Shown here one piece after another: positions 11,087 to 22,503 of a DNA stretch of 58,073 nucleotides. The notes below the pieces were generated by a model, which was given only the letters and a program-made list of their open reading frames with translations, ran no database searches and was not told the origin of the DNA. Each line of letters starts with the position of its first letter. Within the stretch, counting starts at the first letter, position 1. Source of the stretch: Gracilinanus agilis (Eukaryota); assembly GCF_016433145.1 (NCBI RefSeq), contig NC_058132.1:67564828-67622900 (forward strand). The letters are read 5' to 3'. The position numbers and the translations under genes are program-made.

Positions 11087-14000
11087 TTGATACAACATGA
11101 ATATTTGCAATCATCTCTTTTGCCTCTTTTGTTTTCATCTGTCATACTTATCTGAAAAATATATGATTGGGACTACCTCTATTTCAAATGGGGGACCATT
11201 TGAAATTAGCCATTCACTTACTCCTAGGGATTTCATTTTGCTGCTCAAAGTCATCTGAATTTTCCCCAAGATGAGCATAAGTCCCAAATGAAAGTTGGTT
11301 TATTTTCATCTGTTGGCCTGAAACAATATGGAAGAGATAGGGTAAGATGGACAGTTTGAAACTATATTAAGTACATTGAAATATAGAATCAGAGTTCAGA
11401 TGAGCTTACTAAAATTTACAGTGTCAGAATCAAAAGAAGGAAGACTAAGAACTCATATGTACTTAATACTTCCTCCATTTGTTATTTATAACAGCTTGGT
11501 AAGGCAGATTGTGTACCTATCATTACCTCCATTTGGCACATGAGGAAACTGAGGTAGAGAGTTGTATGTTTTCTGACTACCAAGACCAAAGTTCATTCTT
11601 TTATACTTAACATACTGCCATCTTTAAAAAAAAGACAGTAAGAAAAAACAATGAGGGTACAATGATATGTAGAGAATAATATAGGAATGAAGAGCTAACT
11701 CATTATTCCCAGCATTGGTCCCCCTTCTAATGTACTATAATCCAATTCTAGATTTCCATAATTAGGCTTAAATTTTGGGGGGGAAAACTATATGAGACTG
11801 AAAAGTAAAATGAGTCAGCTATTAAAACCCCTGATTCACTCTATAAGGATACTTTAACTGTCTTCAAGCCTTTGAAGGACTCTTAAGTAGAAGCTGTGAT
11901 CCACTGAGGCAGCAAAAAGAATTAAGTTTAGCTCTAGTATCAAGGGTTTAGCTTAAATGTAAAGAATTTCCTATTGTAAAGTTTCCTTAAGTATTGGGCT
12001 GGATCACTGTATCAGTTTCTTCATCCTTTTCTGTAAGAACTTTTAAATTGAATTTATTATAATTTGAGATGTTGTTTGAGTGTTTTCTATAAATCCAAGT
12101 AGGAATAGACCTCACCCTCCCTATATGAAACCTCTCTATGACATGACAGTGATCATTGAGCTGTTAGATCATTAAGATGTCTGGTGAAAGAAAATTCACT
12201 ACCTACTGAGGCAACCCATCCCATTGTTGGATAACTTTAGTTGTTAAGAAGTTGTTCTTCATATTGAGCCATAATCTGCTTCCTGTAATGTCCTAATTCT
12301 TAACTGAAGGAAGAAATTAAATAATCTGTCATGATCTCTTCCTAATCTAAGATACCCTGATCCTATGATTAAAGAAACAGATATTGCTAACATGACATTG
12401 TATTGTAGGGAGTAAGCTAGATACAGTTCTTGTGCCTTGAGAGTCTATGATCTAAGACAGTGTTGAGCAGAATATTAACACTTGCAGACAAATGACTAAA
12501 GCATTGATCTAAATCATAACTATTGAGAGTATGGAATGAATGTAGTTCGCAGAGTACTGGAAAAAGAAGGAATTATAATGTCTGACCAAGTGAAATCACT
12601 ACCTTTCTTTGAATTTGGGGAAGTATAGACTGATGAATCAGTCATTCCAAAAGCATATATTAAATACTAGTTTTCATTCAGCACTATTCTAAGATCAAAT
12701 TAAATTGTAAGCTGTTGGAGGGAATGAGAATTCTCCCTTAACTCTGCCACTGGCTTAATATATGGCCTCTGTCAATTCACTTAGCCTTGCCTGGCTGTTT
12801 CTTCTTTTGAAAAGTGAGAAAGCCACTTGCCTTCAGACAGCAACTATAAATCTCAAGTTGTTGAATCACTCCCTTCCCCTTTGCCAGCTCTGTGTGCATT
12901 TTTAATATCCAGCAGAATAGGCTTCATGTCTCAGCTCTACTCCATATAATTCTCAGAAGCCATCCATTAAGAATTTTAATTCTTTCATCTTGATTTTTTC
13001 TTTTGTTGATGGTACCCTCCAAATAGTAATCTGTCAGATTTAGGGAGAGACAGAAAAGCAGTCCCTTGCTCTTTCAGTTCTTGTAAATAAATTGGAATGA
13101 GAGTCCTGTGGGCCAGAGATGACTCAAAATTTCATGTGGAACATTTCAAACTTTAGAAGGTTCAATGAGTTCAAACCATCCCATCCTTACATACTTAGGA
13201 GTGGATGAGAATTGGCTTAGGCTCCAGAGGTTGATGATAACAAAATTACATTTTCCTCTTAGAGTATCATCTGGTAATTTCAAATAAAAATGTATTTCTT
13301 AAATAGGCCACCCTTGAGTAGAAGAATCCCTCCTGGGATGGTTTTCTTCTATCCCACCCCCAATAGGAGCCTACAGTACCAATCATATATTTGCCCTGTG
13401 TTCCATAGAGTGTGTTGTGACTTCTGAGATTGACAGTGTTCCTATGTGTGATGTGCTTTTTTCCCTCCTTTTAGCATTTCATTGATAGCCATGAGAGGAT
13501 ATTCCTAAACAAGTGTGTGTTTAAAAATAGAAACTACTAACCACCTTTTGAAAGCATTTCTATTTAATAAAACTTTGTGGTTTGATCATTGCTGAAGTCA
13601 TGAGATTGGAGACATCAATACAATTATCTAATCTTTGGATTGCTGAGGAAAAGTAGCTGATTATTTCTTAATGCTTTCTCTAAGGAGAAAGTTTTCCCTC
13701 TTCCAGAGGAATATCTCATGAATATCTGTCATATCAAGGTATTGCTCCCACTTGGTAATTTTATTCTGACATAAACAAGGTCAGATTCACTTTTAAATCC
13801 TTCTGTCTCTTATACCCTCATCTTCCAAAGCAAGTGCACACCATAAATATATTCGAAATGATTGCCTCCAAAGTTTTTTCCTTGTTACCAAATCCCTACT
13901 ACATTCCATCTCCCTCCACCCCCTGGTTTCTTAGAGGGCTAGCTAACCCTCACTAAGATACCATTGGCTCCATAGCGTAGAGTTAGATATGGAAGAACCT

Positions 14001-15329
14001 TAAGAGATCACCAAGTCCAACCCTCTCATTATATAGATGTGAAGACTGAGGTCTAGGAAGATTATATATTGCCCAAGATTATAGATGAGTGGTTTAATAG
14101 CCAGAATTCAAGCTCATCTGACTCCAAAACGAGTATCTTTCTATTTCATGCTTCCACTGAAAGCCCTTTTTACCTCAGGATCCAAACAGTGTTACAGGCT
14201 TGGCAAGATGGATATTTATCAAATCACCATTCTCAATCATTAAAGGGCTGCTATGATCAACTCTGATTTGATTGGTGTTTTTCTTTTGTTGGATTTTGAG
14301 CTCTTTTCTGTTCACCACCTAAATATTTCTGATTTTTTAAAAAGTTGTTCTTCACCTTCATTCTTTACCTTCTTCATGCACTTAATTTCCAAGCAGGAAC
14401 CAGGTCATAAGGTGTTACATTCTTACTGGGCTTCAGCTTGTTCATGCTTTTCCTTAGCTAGTAAACATGCCCCTTTTGCCCTCTGCTGAGACAAAAGCTC
14501 CAACTGTCACTTTTCAGTAGTGAAACTTGTATGCATGAGAAATACCCATATTTTATCCCAGCGTGCAGGAAATGCTCTGAGGAACAAGCTACCGGATCTT
14601 CTCTCTTGGTTCAGCCTTTTCTTTGGCTGATTGATCTTAAAGCAATTATTCATAGTCCATCCAGTCTTATGTAAGTAAGTTGGCAAATAGATTGAATAAC
14701 AATTCGAATTTAGTAAGTAACCTTCAAATCCAGAATCAAAATTAGGTTTCTTTTACTAATTCTCTTCTACTTCCATGCTAATTTTCTTATAGTATTGATT
14801 TTGATGGAAAAAAAAATTTTAATACAAGCTCTAAAAAGGACTTCAGACAAATTTTGTTTTAAATGAATTCCATTTCTCTATGGAAAAAAAGAGTCTTTTT
14901 TTAAGGGAGCCAAATCAAAGGCAGTCTTGAAACCTGTGCCGTAAAATCAGGAGATAGTGTTAATGTCCACTTTTTCTTGAGTTCACAGTTATGCTCAAAA
15001 ATAAATTCAGAGTATTTTTAGCAGCTGCTAAATATTTAGAATCTCTGAAATATTTCAAACACAAGATCTTTTAGGTTCTTTCCAGAGAAAAGTAAGAAAG
15101 GGAACATTGGAATTCTTGTCTTCAAGAAGTAGCTCCCAGATATTACTGAAAAGTGTTGCTTTTGGAGAACTGACTTTACTTTGAGGCCATTTTTTATATC
15201 CCTTCTTAGTTCCTATACCTAAGGGTCAGCCCCTCCCTCAAAGCTAGAAAATTTTCTTAACTTTCAATTCTGTTTAAACACCTGTTTTGTGCAAAGCATT
15301 ATGTTTTTTGCTTGGGATACAATGATACA

Positions 15330-15520
15330 ATTTTTTAAACCCTTACCTTCTGTCTTAGAGTCAATATTATATTGGTTTCAAGGCAGAAGAGTTGTAGGGG
15401 CTAGGCAGTGGGGGTTGCCCAGGGTCACATAGCTAGGAAGAATCTGAGGTAAGTTTTGAATCCAAGACCTCTTGGCTCTAGGCCTAGCTCTCAAGCCACT
15501 TAAACATCTAGCTGTCCCCA
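15330..15520 (-). mobile_element. SINE1 (opossum-type) copy
   Basis: Antisense aaacccttaccttctgtcttag...cccagggtcacatagctagg...ctagctgtccc. Confidence 0.8.
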
Positions 15521-16747
15521 TAATGATACGAATTTTAAAATTAGCTTCCTTTCTCCTTTCAAATAACTATTAGATCTTGTGCAATTTTCCCTTGAGAATA
15601 TTCCTTCTAATATTTGTTCCCTGCCTAGAGTAATGCAGAATTCATATATGGAACAATGAACTTTTTCCTACTGCCCCTTAACTTGTTCAGGAGGCACAAA
15701 ATCTTAGGTGGACTTTATTAGCTACACCCTCATTCATAGAAAGTTATTAGATTAAGCTCTTTCCCTTGAATTGCATCTAGAACTGATGGAAAAATTAGTG
15801 GAGAGCATTGGTAAAGAATTCTTCAATATCATATGAACTCAAGTAGACATGTTATTATATCCAGTATCTGTTATAAGTCTGAATCATTTTCAAGGATTAT
15901 TAACAGGAATCTAGAATGAAGGTTAGCATGGAGAATTACTGTGGTGAACTTTATATCATATTAGAGAGAATGGAATTCAACTTATTTGCAAAATAAAAAT
16001 AATTTTAAAGAATAAGTGACCAAAGGTGTACCTTGAATTACTGTAGCCACTTTTGGAGGTGTAGGGGAATGGTTAGAAATTCAGAGAGCCCAAAGATGCC
16101 AATCTTCCTGATAAAAACGAATAGCAGTCTTAGTTGTGGGATCTTGGTTCTTTGTTATAGAAGCCTTCAGCAATCTCCTTTCCTTTTATCATCTCCATCC
16201 CACCTGGGCTGAGCTTAAACCAGTTCAGTGTCACCTAATCCAGAATGAGGGTGAGTAAATTGAGAAACCATCCGCATTAATTGGATTAGGTGATAGAGAG
16301 CTGGATATATCTTCTCTCCAGTATCAGGGCATCATAAGAGAAAGGAGAGATGAAAAATCAATAAAGAAATGAACTCTTTATGGGTATTTGACAAATCATA
16401 GAAACTTAACATTGGAGGGGACCTTAGCAGTCATCCTAATTTAACTCTGCCAGATTAATGAATCCTCTTGACAACTTCTCTGATCACATCAAATTGTTCA
16501 AAGATGCCCTCAGACCATGATGCTTATCTGCTTCTAAGTGCCTTGTTTTTTTTTTTTTTAAGAAAAGAAAACAAGGCAGCATACTCAAGTGGTATATTTT
16601 CAGTTTTAGAACAACTATGGATTTGGCAACCTATCTCCTGGATGTGGTGTGTTTTCTGCCAAGGCCCATTGTTTCTAATGGGCTGTTCTTGGTCTGGTTT
16701 CATTCTCAAGTGCTTATTGTTTTGCTCCTTTGTTTCATCAACTATAG

Positions 16748-16924
16748 GATTTAGACAAGACCCAGGAAGAGATCAGGAAGCACCATGCCAGCATTAGTGA
16801 GCTCAAGAAGAGTTTCATGGAGTCTGTCCCAGAGCCTCGGCCTAGCGAATGGGACAAGCGCCTATCAACTCACTCCCCCTTCCGGACGCTAAACCTCAAT
16901 GGGCAGATCCCCTCTGGAGAAGGA
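16748..16924 (+). CDS. EPB41: Protein 4.1R exon 17 (SAB domain core), 177 nt
   Basis: tag|GAT acceptor, GGA|gtgagt donor. Encodes DLDKTQEEIRKHHASISELKKSFMESVPEPRPSEWDKRLSTHSPFRTLNLNGQIPSGEG. Confidence 0.97.
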
Positions 16925-19140
16925 GTGAGTACTATGTGATAAGGTGTCTGGACACAGGGGAGAATGATATTTTGCCACATTCTCAAATGGAAAGAGGAGT
17001 GTAGATAAAATGTTCTTTGTCCTATGATGTTGTTACAGCGTTGAGGTATTTCTGGTGAACACTTCTGAGTTTTATAGGCCCCACAAATGGACTCTTAAGA
17101 AGCAGTGTCAGGCTTAGCAATTGACTGCATATTGAAAAATCTCTTTCTACCAGAATATTCTTAGCTTGGGCTTTTTTTTAGTGAATATAAGGCAGCAAAA
17201 TGTTTAAATACAAAAAAGAAAAAAGGAGAGTAATTCATTAACAACAAACATCTGTCAAATATCTATTACATACAGGGCATTGTACCTTGTACATAATGCT
17301 GATGTTAACAGGTCCAGAATTGAAAAAGACTGGAGGAGGATATATTTTTAGCCATGTTTTACATTTCTGAATAATCTGGTGACTTTGGGGACTAATACCC
17401 ACACTTTTCTTAATAAACTGAGGCCTTATGCTTCAGAGATTGCTGCACACCAGATCCAGATTGCTGCATTTCATTTTTTGAAAAATTCTATTAACAATTT
17501 AGAATATATCTTTGTCTAGAGTAATCTTTGTATTTTGTAGTATCTTTGTAGTTTCCTTAGATTTTTTGTACCACAAATGAAGGAGTTTAAAGAGACTCTG
17601 CAGGGACTGGCCTCAATTCTATTACTAATGCCATTGCCTAATTTAGAAATTCTACACCCAGTTCTCAATATGATGAGAGTCTTTTGAAGGTTACCTTGAG
17701 AAATGCAAGTCACTGACCCAGAGACTCATTTTAAAATCTTTATTCTCTACAAATTTATCATTTATGTAATGAGTCATAATGATGCAAAAGGAAAGATTGT
17801 AATTCAGTTAATCAAACATTTAACATTTTCAAAATGATGTCTTTTTCCCCCACAAAAAAGATAGCAGTAATCCTAATTAGGAGTGGTGATTTAGCTAAAG
17901 ATTGATTTAAAAAATAATCAGACTATAGGAACAGTGATCTAAATGTAACTATCTAGAACTGAATACAATATTAGCCCACGCAAGCTCTTTCCAAACTAAA
18001 GCTATATGACAGAGCTTTATGGCAGAGTTAGACAAACAGTCCTCTAAAACAAGTTTTATTCACCAATTTCTATGAGCCCTTACAAATCTCGCATTCTCTA
18101 TCTGTTTAACTATCTCCACAAAACAGGATGAAAGGCCTCTGTAGAAAGCTCCTAAGAATGTCAGGCTACTGCTGCTGACCACTGACATTCTTCTCTTTGT
18201 ATCCAAACCAACCCTCCCCCCCCTACACACACACACACACACGTACACATATACATATTTCCCCTTTGACTCCTAGGAATCCTTGGCCACAGGCACTTCT
18301 TCCTCCCCTGCTTTACCCCCACTGCCTTTGCTGGAAAGATATCTGGCATTTCCATGTACTAGTCCAACTGTTGTTCAGGTCAGTTATATTACATCCACAT
18401 AAAGTTTGAGGCAGACTAACATCCATAAGAGTTATAATTACCCCCTGCCCAAACAGTAGAGAGAGTCCCTAGTTATTAGCCCTCTTACATCTGTACCTTT
18501 CTTTCAGAAGTTTGTTAGTGGGTATTAGATAAATGTGTATCACTCCTCATTTCCAGAATTGTATCATACTTCAGTCCTTCCTGGTGGCTCAGAGGTAACT
18601 TGGGGAACAGAATTCCATTTGGGGGAGCATTAAGCTAAGTTGACAGACCTAGAGGGACCTTTGAGCATTCGGTGGTGTATACACTGACAGTGTAGGAGGA
18701 GTAAACAGAGAGCCTAGAACAGAATCCAGCACTAGGGGCAGGCAGTGCCCTAAGACCCAGCAAGGGACTATTCTCATTATTGTTACTATTTTATAAATGC
18801 AAGGAAACATAGCTCTGCATGGCCTATAGGGTTTCGTTTTGCAGTGTATGGAGCTCTTTGAGAAGGCTCAGAACCCCAGTGAGGAGTGACATGGTGGGGT
18901 TGGTTGGGGAGGGAGGTACAGACTAGAGTGGGTGCAGTGCCATTTTCAGACGTTGTCCTATATAAACAGGTGCCTTAATGCAGCTGTGGTTTCAAGCCTA
19001 CAGTTTTTTTCAAAAAGCTGGAAATTATTTCCCATTTATTTTAATTCTTGGGATGATGGTTCCACTTTCTGAGGAATCTTCTTCCCCTCTTTTGGTGCAT
19101 TGCAAGGCAACTGATTTTTCCATGCTTTGTGTATGCCCAG

Positions 19141-19191
19141 GTGAAGAAAGCCTCTGTCCTTCCTTCGGAGAAAAAGGTTGGTGGGCCTGAG
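19141..19191 (+). CDS. EPB41: Protein 4.1R alternative exon 17A, 51 nt
   Basis: cag|GTG acceptor, GAG|gtaaag donor. Encodes VKKASVLPSEKKVGGPE (human recalled as VKKTSVLPSERKVGGPE). Confidence 0.9.
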
Positions 19192-19405
19192 GTAAAGCTG
19201 CTCTTAGAACTTGTGCTGCTAAAGTAGGATTTGCTCTTGTCATGGCACTAAAAAGATAATCCCCTGTCCCAAACAACGCAGCACCTGCTGAATAATATTT
19301 TTCTTTGGGCTCCACAAGCAGACTCACATCCTCCAGCCTCCTGGCCTAACTCCTGAACACCTGCTCAAAGAGCAGCTTTGACAGCTTTTGGTTTGCTTAC
19401 ATCCG

Positions 19406-19431
19406 TGCATGGCTAGTTGGAAAGCTGCATG
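19406..19431 (+). promoter_or_regulatory. Pair of UGCAUG RBFOX motifs downstream of exon 17A
   Basis: TGCATG at 19406-19411 and 19426-19431, about 215-240 nt after the donor. Confidence 0.5.
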
Positions 19432-20545
19432 AGGATGTTACTGTGTATTCGGAGAGAAGAAACCGAATTTAATTGTACCCTATTCTTTTTATGTTGTCTT
19501 TCTCTCCTTTTTGGTTTTCTTTTCTTTTAAAATTCACATTAATTTTGCATCCTTTCTTTCTTTTTCTTTTTTCTTCCCATTTTTGCTGATCAGTCCCCCA
19601 GCTACTTTCTCCCTGATACACATCACTTAGGGGTGTGCAAAGAACCAGTGTCAAACTTCCAAAGTGACCAGAGGAGGCTGGCTCAACTAAGAGAACTGAG
19701 AGCCAAATTTTTCCTCTCCTAGATAACACCTGGCTTCTCCCCAGATGGCAATGAACAGAGATGGAGAACATATTTCTCAGCTGGATAACCAGTTTCCATT
19801 GAAACATTTACATAATGTAGCACATAGCCCTTCACATTGTTAGTGTTTGATTTATAAAAAGTCATGCTTACAAAATCAGTTTCTAAAATGAAAAAAGACA
19901 CATGAAAAGAGAAAAGTTACTATCAAAGAGCTTCCAATCTGAAAATTAGTTTTCCTCTTTGCGTGTGTTATGAATTGCAATGATTTGAATATTTTTTGTG
20001 TACTGCCCACAGATAAATTTGAGTGCATGAGACAAAGTTTTATATTTTTTTCATTTTGCAGAAACTTCAAAATTTATAAGATTAATATGTTTGCTTCTTG
20101 GAGCAAAAATAATTAATATAGTGAATGAAGTTACAGTTTTTTAGGCTTGACCTGTACATTCTTGGGTCCAAGACAACCTTTTTTATCCTATTGTTTATAT
20201 TTAAGACACAAATAACTTGACGGTGAGAAAAATGCTTCTTGCTGGTTTTGCTTACTCTGTCTAAAAAGGAATCAGCACTGCTCATGTAACAGAAATGACT
20301 CAAACTCTTGGGTGGATTTCCTGAAAGGACTGCTTTGCCGCTCCCACAGAGCCCTCAAGAATGATCATTGAGTACTGCCTTCACGAGTGGTTTCATTAGG
20401 GTCAGTTCCTGGATTGGCGGAGAGATTCCAAAATATCTGCCCAAGTTAATACTTTGCACATCCCCAAGTACCATTTTTGAGCATTTTTCATCTGTCATTG
20501 TGTTCATCTTTCTCTGTCTTTCTTGATCTTCTACCACGAAAGCAG

Positions 20546-20797
20546 ACACAGGAACGTGCTCTGTTAGTACAGGATGAAGACAAAATAAAAAGGCAAAAGA
20601 CATCCACTGAGAGAGCCTTGCCCCAGCAAGAAAATGAAGAAACTCTTCCCAAGGTTTCCATTCCAATCCCTGAGGAACACAAGTCCCTCAAAAAGTGCCA
20701 CCTCTACTCTAGTACTTTTCCATCTCCTCGTATTCCTTTCATGATGTCCTTTCTCGTGGTTCTTGCATTGGCTGTTTGGTGGTTGGTCTTTCTGTGA
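20546..20797 (+). CDS. EPB41: Candidate alternative terminal exon with a C-terminal hydrophobic (tail-anchor-like) segment, 83 aa plus stop
   Basis: About 45-nt pyrimidine tract followed by in-frame acceptors AAG|CAG|ACACAG|. The phase-0 frame is open to TGA at 20795-20797 and ends in IPFMMSFLVVLALAVWWLVFL. No transcript evidence is available. Confidence 0.45.
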   Translation, partial: TQERALLVQDEDKIKRQKTSTERALPQQENEETLPKVSIPIPEEHKSLKKCHLYSSTFPSPRIPFMMSFLVVLALAVWWLVFL

Positions 20798-21410
20798 CCT
20801 GAAAACAGGGTGCTCACCTGAAACCTCAAGACCACAACCTTGAACTCTTGTCCTTGGTTGGCTTCTGTCTACTGCATTTTCTCCTGTACTATGCTCTCCT
20901 AATCTCAGGAGCTCACTGTCACAGGGGCTTTCGCCACTGTTCTGTTTATAAACCGTGTTCCCCTTTGTACAGTATATATCTTGGGGTGCAAAGGAGTGGC
21001 AATGGATTGCCAGGTCAGTTTTTCTGCATCAAAGTTAAACAAGCCTTTGTAATCCATAAAAAAATCAGATAAAAAGCATATGGCAGGTTGGTACTTTTTC
21101 CAAGAGCTATAACTCTTAAGCCTGCATGTTTCTCCTGATTACTGTTGCTGTGTTGTCCCCCCTCTAAGATTTCATATGAAGCAAAGTAAGTACTCTAAAG
21201 AAACATTTGATGGGATTCTCCCTTGTTCCTCAACAGTTATTCATGTGACATGAACTTCATGGTTTAAGGAGGAAAAAAATCTGACTTTGTATTTATTCAA
21301 AAGCCTTAAGAATATACATAATGAGCAATGAAGTCTGATCCATAACCACTCCTTTTCTGGGGGGGAAATCAAACAAACCAGTACACAATAGCCTTTTTGT
21401 AAAATATAAA

Positions 21411-21552
21411 AATAAAAAGGCTTTTGACAGCTGTGGCCTTCTTTTGAATATTTCAGAGATGGTCAGGGACAGATTACTTCTGCTGCCTAGCATACTGAAG
21501 AGATCTGAGCTATCTCTTAATAAACAGGGTGTTAATGGTTTAAAAAAATAAA
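21411..21552 (+). terminator. Candidate polyadenylation signals for the putative terminal exon
   Basis: AATAAA at 21411-21416 and 21547-21552. Both sit in A-rich tracts, so they could be chance. Confidence 0.3.
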
Positions 21553-22426
21553 AAGAAACTGCCACTGCCCTTTAAATTGTAGCCAGGGCTCTTTTCCCCA
21601 GAGTCCTCTTCTTCTATCCTATATAAAACAGTATAGTACGGCTACTGTGAGACCCTGCGTAGTTAAATTCTGTTCGTAAGTGTTAATGAGGGTGTTTCAC
21701 TTTTCTGAATGAATATACTTTTGAACTTCTCTTTATGATTTAAGAAATAACGATGTTACCAGAAGCAATACTTACCCATGACAATTAGCTTAAAAATCTA
21801 TATTTATGAATTTTGTTTTCTTTATTTCAAATGTGTTCTTGAAAAGTTGTGCTTAAAACCACAATGTGTTTTTAATGATGGTAATATGAGGGAAGTATTA
21901 TTGTGATGAGTTTTTGTCTTGTGCTTGCATGTTGATTTATGAGGCTTCTCTGAATGTAAATATGAGTGCCATCTATGTTCAGATCATAATTCTGGTGGTG
22001 CTTCACCAGTTATTTTGACTTTAGAACTAATTCAACTTTGCATGCTGCTTGCTTTTGAGGGACACCAGATGTACCTGTCTGGATGAATTGGTTCAAGTAG
22101 TTTCATACATTGATTTTCAAGTTTGAGTTCATATGTAAAGTCATACATAGAGATTTAAAGCTATTTTTTGTCTTTGGGACACTTGCTGCTTAAAACAAAA
22201 AAAGAAGTAAGTTGGAACCCAGAACCTTCTTCCTAATATTATAGTGTTATCTGTATTATACTGTTGTCTCTTGAGGTATATAGAAGTGATTCTAGAGTAT
22301 TTCCTGAAAACTGCCACTTTTTCAATTTAGGCATTCCCACTAAACTTGTAGAGAAGAAAAAGCTTGACTAGTAGAAGCTGGTATCAGAGAATAGACCTGT
22401 GTATGTCATTGGATATGTCTATTTAT

Positions 22427-22427
<1 letters not shown>

Positions 22428-22470
<43 letters not shown>

Positions 22471-22472
22471 GA

Positions 22473-22502
<30 letters not shown>
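22428..22502. repeat. Compound microsatellite (AG)n(GT)n
   Basis: Seen directly. Confidence 0.95.

Positions 22503-22503
<1 letters not shown>

Noticed and set aside
10573-11138. Long ORFs spanning the N gap
   Set aside because: Their length is an artefact of X codons in the gap.
16468-16797. Hydrophobic 109-aa ORF overlapping exon 17
   Set aside because: Different frame from the 4.1R exon. T-rich intron and pyrimidine tracts bias translations toward F and L, a caveat also weighed for the 20546 candidate.
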